NCBI GenBank assembly: GCA_963807085.1
Contig: CAWEBB010000032.1
Coordinates: 38,146 to 102,145 of the forward strand
Direction of reading: 5' to 3'
DNA: 64,000 nucleotides
DNA from: an uncultured Alphaproteobacteria bacterium
GTDB taxonomy: Bacteria > Pseudomonadota > Alphaproteobacteria > Bin95
A program made the position numbers and the translations under genes. This document shows positions 56,524-64,000 of the stretch, one piece after another; position 1 is the stretch's first letter, and every line of letters begins with the position of its first letter. Under the pieces are notes generated by a model. It was not told where the DNA came from and did no database searches. It saw only the letters and a program-made list of their open reading frames with translations.

Positions 56524-56776
56524 TCTTCAGGACGGATGGGCGTGGTTTGACGACCCGTCGGAACGGCAGGCGGACAGTGAGCTGCGGCAGTATTTCGTCC
56601 GCGCCTTTCATTCGGACGCGGGGCGGCAGGTGTTGGCGCATTTGCGCGCCGCAACGGTGGAACGGCGCACGCCGCCCGACGCGCCGGACAGCGTCCTCCG
56701 CCATCTGGAGGGCCAACGCTACCTGTTTCAACTGATCGAACGGCTGGCGAATGCCGAGCTGCAGGAGTCTGCGTAG
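56513..56776 (+). CDS. Hypothetical protein (87 aa), overlapping the portal 3' end
   Basis: Coding-like GC3; unknown function. Confidence 0.35.
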   Translation: MLNDLQDGWAWFDDPSERQADSELRQYFVRAFHSDAGRQVLAHLRAATVERRTPPDAPDSVLRHLEGQRYLFQLIERLANAELQESA

Positions 56777-56777
56777 A

Positions 56778-57578
56778 ATGAACGAACCTCTCAACACACC
56801 CACCGAGAGCGGCGATAGCGCGATTTCGGCCGGCACCGCGCAGGGCCTGCCGGAGCGGTCAATGGAGCGGCCCGGCGAGGGAGCCGTTACGCGGCCCGCA
56901 TCGGTTCCGGACAAATTCTGGGACACGGCGACGAACTCCGTCCGTGTGGACGACCTCGCCAAATCCTATTGCGAGCTGGAGCGCCATTTGGGCGGCTCCG
57001 TAAAGATTCCGGACGAAAGCGCGGACGATGCGGAGATCGCCCGTTTCCGCCAGGCCCTGGGCGTGCCGGAAAACCCCGATGGCTATGAACTTCAACTGGA
57101 CGAAGAAAGCCTGGAAGCCGACCCGGAGGTCAACCGCCGGCTGCACGAAGCGGGCTTCAGCCAAAGCCAGGCCCAGCTCGTCTATGACTTGGCCAGGGAA
57201 TATATCGGCCCCATGGTTCAGCAGACCGCCGCCGATTTCGAGGCAGAGCGCCAGACCGAGCGCCTGCAACAGCATTTCGGCGGTGCGGAGGCCTGGACGG
57301 GCATCTCGCGCCAGCTTCAGGAATGGGGCAAGGCCAACATGGCGCCGGAGGCTCTTAGCGCACTGTCGACTACCTATGAGGGATGTTTGGCGCTGCACAA
57401 AATGATGCAAAGCCAGGAGCCCGGCCTCGTCCGCAGCAACGGCCCCGCCGAGCGGGATGGCACCGACGAGTTGAAGGCGATGATGCGCGACCCGCGTTAT
57501 TGGCGCGACCGCGACCCTGCCTTCATCCGACAAGTCACCGATGGTTTCAGCCGCCTGTACGCCGACGGCGACGGCTAG
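56778..57578 (+). CDS. Putative scaffolding protein (acidic; 266 aa)
   Basis: Position between portal and capsid; acidic, coiled-coil-like composition. Confidence 0.45.
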   Translation: MNEPLNTPTESGDSAISAGTAQGLPERSMERPGEGAVTRPASVPDKFWDTATNSVRVDDLAKSYCELERHLGGSVKIPDESADDAEIARFRQALGVPENPDGYELQLDEESLEADPEVNRRLHEAGFSQSQAQLVYDLAREYIGPMVQQTAADFEAERQTERLQQHFGGAEAWTGISRQLQEWGKANMAPEALSALSTTYEGCLALHKMMQSQEPGLVRSNGPAERDGTDELKAMMRDPRYWRDRDPAFIRQVTDGFSRLYADGDG

Positions 57579-57843
57579 GCGGAGCCATCTGGAGCAGATA
57601 CCGATCCAGTCGGATTGGATGCTCAAGGAATCGCTAGGGCGCGCACGATCGCGCGCCCTAGCGGTGGCGGGCCCGCCGGAGAACTGGAGATTTCCCCGCC
57701 CGAGAGGGCGTGTTTGGGAAAAGTCGCCAGCCCGGCGGGCCTTCAGGCAGAACGACGGCCGTTCCGCAGGTGCAAACCTACGGGGCGGGAACCGGATGGA
57801 AGCTGCTTCCCCACCAACAGAAAAATCAAAGGGTTAATTGCAG

Positions 57844-58662
57844 ATGTCGACCACCATCGACCAATCGTTCATCCGCCAGTTCGAGGCCGAAGTTCACGAG
57901 GCCTATCAGCGGATGGGATCCAAGCTCCGTCAGACTGTCCGCTCCAAGGGCAATGTACAAGGTTCCTCGACCACCTTCCAAAGGGTCGGCCAGGGCGCGG
58001 CTTCCACCAAGTCGCGGCATGGCCTGGTCCCCGTCATGACTATCGATCACAGCGCCATCGAGTGCGTGCTGACCGACTATTATGCCGGTGACTGGGTCGA
58101 CAAGCTCGACGAGATGAAAATCAACATCGACGAGCGGCACGTGATCGCCAACGCCGGCGCCTATGCGCTGGGCCGCAAGACGGACGAGTTGATCATCGCC
58201 GGCCTGAACACGTCCACTAACTACGCCGGTCTCGCGACCGACGGCCTGACGAAGGCCAAGGTTCTGACCGCCTTTGAGAAGATGGGGGCGGCGGATATTC
58301 CCGACGATGGCCAGCGCTTCGCGGTCATCGGCTGGAAACAGTGGGCGGAGTTGCTTAGCATTCCGGAGTTCGCCAACGCGGAATATGTCGGGGCGGACGC
58401 GCTGCCCTGGCGCGACACACAGGCGAAGCGCTGGCTCGGAACCACCTGGATCCCGCATTCCGGCCTGTCTCTTTCCGGCTCGGCGCGCCTGTGTCACTGG
58501 TACCATCGGACGGCGATCGGTCATGCGGCCGCCGCAGAGGTCCAGACCGACATCACCTGGCACGGCGACCGGGCGGCCTACTTTGTCGCCAACATGATGA
58601 GCCAGGGTGCGGTGAGGATCGACGGCGCCGGTGTCGTGACCATGCGTTGCTTCGAGAGCTAA
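57844..58662 (+). CDS. T7-type major capsid protein
   Basis: FIRQFEAEVHEAYQRMGSKLRQTVRSKGNVQGSSTTFQRVGQ parallels T7 gp10 LFLKVFGGEVLTAFARTSVTTSRHMVRSISSGKSAQFPVLGR. Confidence 0.7.
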   Translation: MSTTIDQSFIRQFEAEVHEAYQRMGSKLRQTVRSKGNVQGSSTTFQRVGQGAASTKSRHGLVPVMTIDHSAIECVLTDYYAGDWVDKLDEMKINIDERHVIANAGAYALGRKTDELIIAGLNTSTNYAGLATDGLTKAKVLTAFEKMGAADIPDDGQRFAVIGWKQWAELLSIPEFANAEYVGADALPWRDTQAKRWLGTTWIPHSGLSLSGSARLCHWYHRTAIGHAAAAEVQTDITWHGDRAAYFVANMMSQGAVRIDGAGVVTMRCFES

Positions 58663-58689
58663 ACCGCCAAGCTGAAGAAGGGACGCCAC

Positions 58690-58929
58690 ATGGCATTCGA
58701 CCCCCAAAACATGGGCGTGCTGGGCTACTGCAATGGCTTTACTCTCTGGTATTATCGGTCGGCGACGGACAATTACCCGACCGTTACCGCAGACGGCTAT
58801 TTCACCCCGTTCTATGAGTCTCTCAGTCTGGAAGATGTCATCTTCTTTACCGAGTCGAATGGACGGACCGGCCGGCGGCGTATCAACCAACTGTCCAAGT
58901 CGTTGGTGACGATAACGCACCTGCTTTAG
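58690..58929 (+). CDS. Hypothetical protein (79 aa)
   Basis: ORF with an ATG start between the capsid and tubular A genes. Confidence 0.3.
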   Translation: MAFDPQNMGVLGYCNGFTLWYYRSATDNYPTVTADGYFTPFYESLSLEDVIFFTESNGRTGRRRINQLSKSLVTITHLL

Positions 58930-59019
58930 CTCCCTAGCAACTCAGCAACCACTCATATCAGCCGCGGCCTCGCTCTCGATCGGGAGCGGGGCCGTTTCCT
59001 TATCAAGGGAGTTTTCTCG

Positions 59020-59592
59020 ATGGCTCTTAGCGCTATCGCGCTCTGCTCGCGCGCGCTGTTGAAGCTCGGCGCCCGGCCGATCGCCGGGTTCGACGAAGGC
59101 ACTGCCGAAGCGGAGGTCGCGGTCAATCTGTTTCCCTCCATCCGCGATGCGTTGCTTTCGGCGCATGGCTGGTCGTTCGCCACGGCCCAGAGCCGGCTGC
59201 CCCAGCTGGAAGAAGCGCCGGTGGCGGATTTCGACCGGGCTTTTCAACTGCCCGTGGATTTCCTGCGGGCCTTGTCGGCCGGTGCGGGTGCGCGCGGCCG
59301 CGGCCTGGTCTACCGGATTGTGGATGATCGGCTGCATACCTCCTCAAGCGAAGTTTATCTGACCTACATTTTCCGGCCAGCCGAGGTCGATTTCCCGCCA
59401 TTTTTCGACCAGCTTCTGATCGCCCGGCTTGCCGCGGAGTTTTGCATTCCGGTCACGGAAAGCACCAGCCGCGCCGAGATGCTGTACCGGATCGCCGAAA
59501 CCGAGTTCCGCCGCGCGCGCCTGGTCGATGCACAGCAGGACACGCCGCTCGCGATCGAAGACTTCCCGCTGGTTGCGGTGCGCGGCCGATGA
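59020..59592 (+). CDS. T7-type tail tubular protein A (gp11-like)
   Basis: Size and position match; ALLKLGARPIAGFDEG...LLSAHGWSFA parallels T7 gp11 ILASIGEPPVSTLEGD...IQSRGWTFN. GGGAG RBS. Confidence 0.6.
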   Translation: MALSAIALCSRALLKLGARPIAGFDEGTAEAEVAVNLFPSIRDALLSAHGWSFATAQSRLPQLEEAPVADFDRAFQLPVDFLRALSAGAGARGRGLVYRIVDDRLHTSSSEVYLTYIFRPAEVDFPPFFDQLLIARLAAEFCIPVTESTSRAEMLYRIAETEFRRARLVDAQQDTPLAIEDFPLVAVRGR

Positions 59593-61493
59593 CGGTCGTC
59601 AACCTGTTGAAGACCAACTTCACGGCGGGCGAGATCTCGCCGCTGCTGTATGGCCGCGGGGATTTGCGCGCGTACGACAACGGCGCGGCAAAGCTTCAAA
59701 ACGTCTTCATTCACCCGACCGGCGGCGTCTATCGCCGGCCTGGCCTCCGCTATATCGGGCCTGCGCGCGGGCGCGGGCGCCTTATGACGTTCGAGTTCAA
59801 TACCGAACAGGTGTACCTGCTCGCCTTCAGCGACCGGATGCTGGACATCTATGAAGGGGACAACCTGGTCGTCTCGGTCGCGACGCCCTGGACCGAAGCG
59901 CAACTGGCGCAGATCGCCTGGACCCAAAGCGCCGACACATTGCTCGTGACCCATCCGGACGTGCCGCCCCGGCGGATCACCCGGACGGGCCCCGCCACCT
60001 GGACCGTCAGCGAGTGGGTTTTCGCCGAAAAGGACGGCGTGTGGTACGCGCCATTTTTCCGGTTCGGCCACACGGGCGTGACGCTGACGCCGAGCGCCGT
60101 GACCGGCGCCATCACCATCACCGCGTCTGCGGCGGTGTTCGATGCAAACCATGTCGGCACCCGCCTGCGGTTGGCGACCAAGCAGGTGGCGATCACCGGC
60201 TTCACCTCGCCGACGCAAGTGAGCGCCGACGTTCTGCAAGACCTGGCTGGCCTGGAGCCGACCGAAGATTGGGACGAACCGGCCTTTTCCCCGCGGCGCG
60301 GCTGGCCGGTCACGGTGGCCTTTCATCAGGATCGGCTGGTCATTGGCGGCTCCCGCGATCTGCCGAACCGGCTTTGGTTCTCCAAGTCGGGCGACCTGTT
60401 CAACTTCGATCAGGGCGAGGGCCTGGACGACGAAGCGATCGAGTTTCCGATCCTCTCCGATCAGGTCAACGCCATCCGTGCCCTGTTCTCAGGCCGGCAC
60501 CTGCAGGTCTTTACCTCGGGCGCCGAATGGATGGTGACGGGCGACCCGTTGGCGCCGACCACCGTGCAGCTGCGCCGGCAGACCCGCATCGGCTCGCTGA
60601 TCAGCCGAACAATTCCCCCGAAAGACGTGGATGGCGCGACCATGTTCGTCGGGCGCACCGGTCACGAGCTGCGGGAGTTCCTGTTCTCGGATATCGAGCA
60701 GGCCTATCAGGCGGGCGACCTGGCGCTGCTGGTCGCGCACTTCTTCCGTGATCCGCTCATGCAGGATTTCGACCCGGCCCACCGGCTGCTGCATCTGGTG
60801 CTGGCGGATGGGACGCTGGCGACGCTGACAATCTACCGCAACGAGCAGGTTACCGCCTGGACGCGGCAGATCACGGAAGGTTCCTTCCGCGACTTGGCGG
60901 TCGTCGGCGATACCACGTACGTGCTGGTGCAGCGTGCGCACGGCCTGTTCGTCGAAGTCTTCGACGAAACATTTGGCGTCGATAGCGGCGTCCATACCCA
61001 GGTGTTTACCCTGGAGGACTCCGCGACCGGTCTGGACCACCTGGAAGGGCAGACCGTTGCCATTGTCGCCGATGGCACCCTGCGCCAGTCCCAGACGGTA
61101 CAGGGTGGGCGAGTTGCGGTCGGTGCTGCCGCCTACCAGGCAGCGATCGGGCTGCCCTTTCAGCACATTATCGAGGCGCTGCCGGTCGCCGGATCGATGC
61201 CGGGCGGCTCGGCCCAGGGCCGTTCTTACCGGGTGGTCGAGGCAACCTTCCGCCTGCACGAGACGGGGGCGCTCGTCTGCGACCTGGGTTCCGGCCTGAC
61301 GCCGGTGCCGTTTCGGCAGGTGGGCGGGACCACCAGCTTCGGCAGTCCCGCCCCGAACTTTTCCGGGGACAAGCATATCCGCGCGCTCGGCTGGCGGCGC
61401 TCCGGCATCGATGCGCCATGGCGCATCGATCAGGACGCGCCGCTGCCGTGCACCGTTCTTTCCGTAACAACTGAAATCAAGGTGACCAACTGA
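59589..61493 (+). CDS. T7-type tail tubular protein B (gp12-like)
   Basis: N-terminal NFTAGEISPLLYGRGDLRAY...VYRRPGLRYI parallels T7 gp12 NLKGGISQQPDILRYPDQ...KRPPLVFL. ATGA overlap with the gp11-like gene. Confidence 0.65.
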   Translation: MTVVNLLKTNFTAGEISPLLYGRGDLRAYDNGAAKLQNVFIHPTGGVYRRPGLRYIGPARGRGRLMTFEFNTEQVYLLAFSDRMLDIYEGDNLVVSVATPWTEAQLAQIAWTQSADTLLVTHPDVPPRRITRTGPATWTVSEWVFAEKDGVWYAPFFRFGHTGVTLTPSAVTGAITITASAAVFDANHVGTRLRLATKQVAITGFTSPTQVSADVLQDLAGLEPTEDWDEPAFSPRRGWPVTVAFHQDRLVIGGSRDLPNRLWFSKSGDLFNFDQGEGLDDEAIEFPILSDQVNAIRALFSGRHLQVFTSGAEWMVTGDPLAPTTVQLRRQTRIGSLISRTIPPKDVDGATMFVGRTGHELREFLFSDIEQAYQAGDLALLVAHFFRDPLMQDFDPAHRLLHLVLADGTLATLTIYRNEQVTAWTRQITEGSFRDLAVVGDTTYVLVQRAHGLFVEVFDETFGVDSGVHTQVFTLEDSATGLDHLEGQTVAIVADGTLRQSQTVQGGRVAVGAAAYQAAIGLPFQHIIEALPVAGSMPGGSAQGRSYRVVEATFRLHETGALVCDLGSGLTPVPFRQVGGTTSFGSPAPNFSGDKHIRALGWRRSGIDAPWRIDQDAPLPCTVLSVTTEIKVTN

Positions 61494-61948
61494 TGGGCGC
61501 AGTAGCTCCTGTAATCGCGGCAGGCTCGCTGATGGGATTGAGCCTGCTCGACAACGCCAACTCCGCGCGCACGGCCCAGCAACGGGCGGCGCAATCCTCC
61601 GAGGCGGCCCGGGCCAATGCCGACCTGCAACTGGCGAAGCTCCAGTCCGACCAGGAAGAGAGCCAGGCCAAGCGGCAGTCGGCGTTGCGGCGCGCGCAGG
61701 CACGCACGCGGGCCCTGCTGGCCAGCCGCGGCGTCGGCGGCTCCGGCCGTGCCGTGCTGCAGGGCCTGGCGGTCGAAGCCGCCCGGGACCAAGCGTTTGC
61801 GGACAGCGATGCCGACTTGCAGCGCCAGAGTATCGAGCTGGGCGTGGACACCACGCGCCGGCGCAACCTGCTGGCCGCCGACGATGCGCGACGCCGCGCC
61901 CAGTTGGACCTGCTGCGCACCGGCACCCGCACGATCAACAGCCTATAG
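61493..61948 (+). CDS. Hypothetical coiled-coil virion protein (151 aa; possibly gp13/gp14-like)
   Basis: ATG overlaps the gp12-like stop (cTGATGg). Gln/Arg/Ala-rich. Confidence 0.4.
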   Translation: MGAVAPVIAAGSLMGLSLLDNANSARTAQQRAAQSSEAARANADLQLAKLQSDQEESQAKRQSALRRAQARTRALLASRGVGGSGRAVLQGLAVEAARDQAFADSDADLQRQSIELGVDTTRRRNLLAADDARRRAQLDLLRTGTRTINSL

Positions 61949-61967
61949 CGCCGACGGAGAACGACCG

Positions 61968-64000
61968 ATGGTTCAGTCCAAACATATAAGAATACAAGCA
62001 AAAAGCCCGCGCGTGCAGTACATTGCCGACGGCACGCAAACCTTCTTCACGTTCACTTTTCCCGTCTTTCATGCCGGCAATCTGCACGTCTATGTCGATG
62101 AGGTTCTGCAGGTCGGCACCTATACGGCGAACGGTGTCGGCGCGAGCCATGGCGGCGCGATCGTATTCGAGAACCCGCCGCCCGCGGGCGCCCGCATCAC
62201 GCTGCGGCGGCTGCTGCCGGTCGAGCGGGTCACTGACTTTCAGGAAGGGGGCGATTTTCGCGCCGCGACCCTGAATGACGAACTCGACTACCAGACCGCG
62301 GCCATGCAGCAGATCCAGTCGGACATGGAGCGGGGCCTTCGCCTGGCGCCGACCGATACGGAAGCGACGACCACCCTGCCGGGCAAGGGGGACCGCGCCG
62401 GCAAGTTCCTGGCGTTCGACACCGCTGGGCAGCCGGTGGCGCTGCCGCCGACCACGGATATGCCCGGCGACGCCAGTACCGCCTATGTGATCGGCTCCGG
62501 CCAGGTGACACCGCGCACGCTCGCAGACCGCTTTTCGGCGATCCCGACCGTGCTGGACCAGGGAGCGAAGGGCGATGGCGGCACCGACGATGGCCCGGTC
62601 CTTGCAACGCTTGCTTCGCCTCACTTGCTGCCGGCCGGCAGTTATGCGGTCAGTGCCGACGATCTGCCGGCGGTCCGCCCCTATAACGTTTACGGTGGCG
62701 GCGAACTGGTGGACCCGAACGCGACCGAAACCTCGCTCCGTGCCCGTCAGCGCCTGCTGAACGATCGCGGCATGGGGTATTCGCTGGGCATGATGGCCAG
62801 CCTGTTGCCGGATCTCTCCGGGCCGCGGATGGATATGGCGGCGCTTGCCGATGCGATTGCAATGGGGGCCGCCAAAGTGGTCCTGGTCGGCGACAGCATT
62901 ACCGAAGGGGCGGACGTCGAGGAGGAAAACAGTTGGGGCGCGCTGCTCCAGCAGAGCCTCGAGCGCACCTTTCCGGAGGTCACCTGGACCTTCGCCAACC
63001 TATCGCTCGCCTCGCGCCATGCCGAGCATCTGGCGGACCCGGCCTATTTGGGCTTGCCCAGCGAGCCGGCGGACAAGGAGCAGGGCTTCTTTCGCCCACC
63101 CGCCACCGCCTTTCCCCGTGAGAACTGGCAGGCCGGCTCCGTCACCGGCAAGTCCTGGCGCAACCATGTGCGGGACGAGGCGCCGGATCTGATCGTCTGG
63201 GCGCACGGGATGAACAATTTTCACCTCTCCGGCCAGCAATATTTCGCCGCGCTGATCAGCTTTCTGGACTATGCGAAGACCTGGGCAAAGGTGCCGGCGA
63301 TCGCGCTGGCCACGACATTTCTGCCGACACGCCTGAACCCGATCTATCGGGCGCGTCAGGGGGCGCATGACGGGCACTACCGCATCCTGCGGGAGATTGC
63401 CGTGATCCGCCGCACGGGTCTGATCGATGCGAACCGGGTCTATCACTTCCTGCGCGATGGTGTGGACGAAGGGCGCCGCCACTGGTTCCGCGAAGACAAT
63501 TTCCGCGGGTGGAACACAGCCTGGTGGGATTTCCTCGAAGGCGGCACCGGTCAGGTGGCCACCGCCTCCGGCCGGCTGCGCTTTTCCGGCATCGCCCGGC
63601 CCCGGCGCAAGCTGATGGCCGCCGACTTCCAGGCGGACATTACCTGGAAGCCGGCGAATGCTGCAGATGTGCTGGGGTTCAATTACCGTGTCGACCCGGA
63701 CAATGGCGCCGATCGGTACGAGTTCCAGTGGTCCGGCCCGAACCTGAAGATCTACTGGAAGAACACGGTCAAGCTTGCCGCTATTGATGCGGCGGCGGCG
63801 GCCGGCACCGACAATTTCGTGCGCATCCGCTGCGACGGCGCCCGGCATCGCGTCTGGATCAATGGCGTCCTGAAGCTGGATGGCAATGACTTTGCCAACC
63901 TGGCCGAAGGTTCGTGCGCATATCGCGCCTATCTGGGCAGTGCGGCCGCCGCGGAAATCGGCTGCCGGCTGAAGATCGGTTACCCGGCCCGGCATGCCCG
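61968..64000 (+). CDS. Tail fibre protein: T7 gp17-type N-terminal domain fused to an SGNH/GDSL hydrolase-like domain; 3' end lies beyond the window
   Basis: GGAG RBS and ATG 61968. Frame 0 stays open to nt 64000 by manual translation. QYIADGTQTFFTFTFPVF..NLHVYVDEV....ARITLRRLLPVERVTDFQEGGDFRAATLNDELDYQTAAMQQIQ matches the T7 fibre N-domain pattern. Later VVLVGDSITEG and WAHGMNNF resemble SGNH blocks I and III. Confidence 0.75.
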   Translation, partial: MVQSKHIRIQAKSPRVQYIADGTQTFFTFTFPVFHAGNLHVYVDEVLQVGTYTANGVGASHGGAIVFENPPPAGARITLRRLLPVERVTDFQEGGDFRAATLNDELDYQTAAMQQIQSDMERGLRLAPTDTEATTTLPGKGDRAGKFLAFDTAGQPVALPPTTDMPGDASTAYVIGSGQVTPRTLADRFSAIPTVLDQGAKGDGGTDDGPVLATLASPHLLPAGSYAVSADDLPAVRPYNVYGGGELVDPNATETSLRARQRLLNDRGMGYSLGMMASLLPDLSGPRMDMAALADAIAMGAAKVVLVGDSITEGADVEEENSWGALLQQSLERTFPEVTWTFANLSLASRHAEHLADPAYLGLPSEPADKEQGFFRPPATAFPRENWQAGSVTGKSWRNHVRDEAPDLIVWAHGMNNFHLSGQQYFAALISFLDYAKTWAKVPAIALATTFLPTRLNPIYRARQGAHDGHYRILREIAVIRRTGLIDANRVYHFLRDGVDEGRRHWFREDNFRGWNTAWWDFLEGGTGQVATASGRLRFSGIARPRRKLMAADFQADITWKPANAADVLGFNYRVDPDNGADRYEFQWSGPNLKIYWKNTVKLAAIDAAAAAGTDNFVRIRCDGARHRVWINGVLKLDGNDFANLAEGSCAYRAYLGSAAAAEIGCRLKIGYPARHA

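Overview
This 64 kb window looks like a single high-GC (about 65%), strongly GC3-biased proteobacterial chromosome, probably alphaproteobacterial. Family calls come from conserved motifs I recognise by eye, not from searches; start coordinates derived from the ORF track may be off by a few nucleotides.

Positions 1–12.7 kb carry a glycogen/trehalose operon (glgB–glgX–treZ–malQ–treY) followed by a GH13 sucrose-phosphorylase-like protein. Positions 12.7–53 kb are host metabolic and housekeeping genes: aspartate aminotransferase, YeeE/YedE, a ThDP enzyme, COQ9, def, rpsU, a PrpB/PrpF/PrpD-like cluster, a D-carbamoylase/amidase/PuuE-like cluster, secA, ALDH, pepA, LPS-core glycosyltransferases, thrS, infC, a fused indolepyruvate:ferredoxin oxidoreductase, an LLM oxidoreductase and a DUF4170–2OG-oxygenase pair.

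From about 53.1 kb to the window edge there is an element worth a closer look. A divergently transcribed XRE-HTH/S24-peptidase (CI-type) repressor sits next to two near-consensus sigma70 promoters with shared TAGGAA hexamers. These are followed by a T7-like virion module (portal, scaffold, capsid, tail tubular A and B, tail fibre) that stays open past the window end. The fibre is in no single track ORF because it has no stop in the window. No DNA-replication, RNA-polymerase, terminase or integrase genes are visible, and the T7 internal-core/ejectosome genes (gp14–16) are absent from their canonical position.

The window also has an unusual density of single-base frameshifts, at least 15, mostly in G/C or T runs. 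They hit highly conserved and even essential genes (glgB ×2, glgX start, treZ, treY, aspC ×2, yeeE ×2, a ThDP enzyme, COQ9, def, a GT1 glycosyltransferase, thrS ×2). The phage-like module, secA, the 3.5 kb IOR gene, pepA and ALDH have none. I read these as draft-quality sequencing or assembly indels rather than genuine pseudogenes, but that needs read-level confirmation.

No rRNA, tRNA, CRISPR array, transposase or integrase was recognised.
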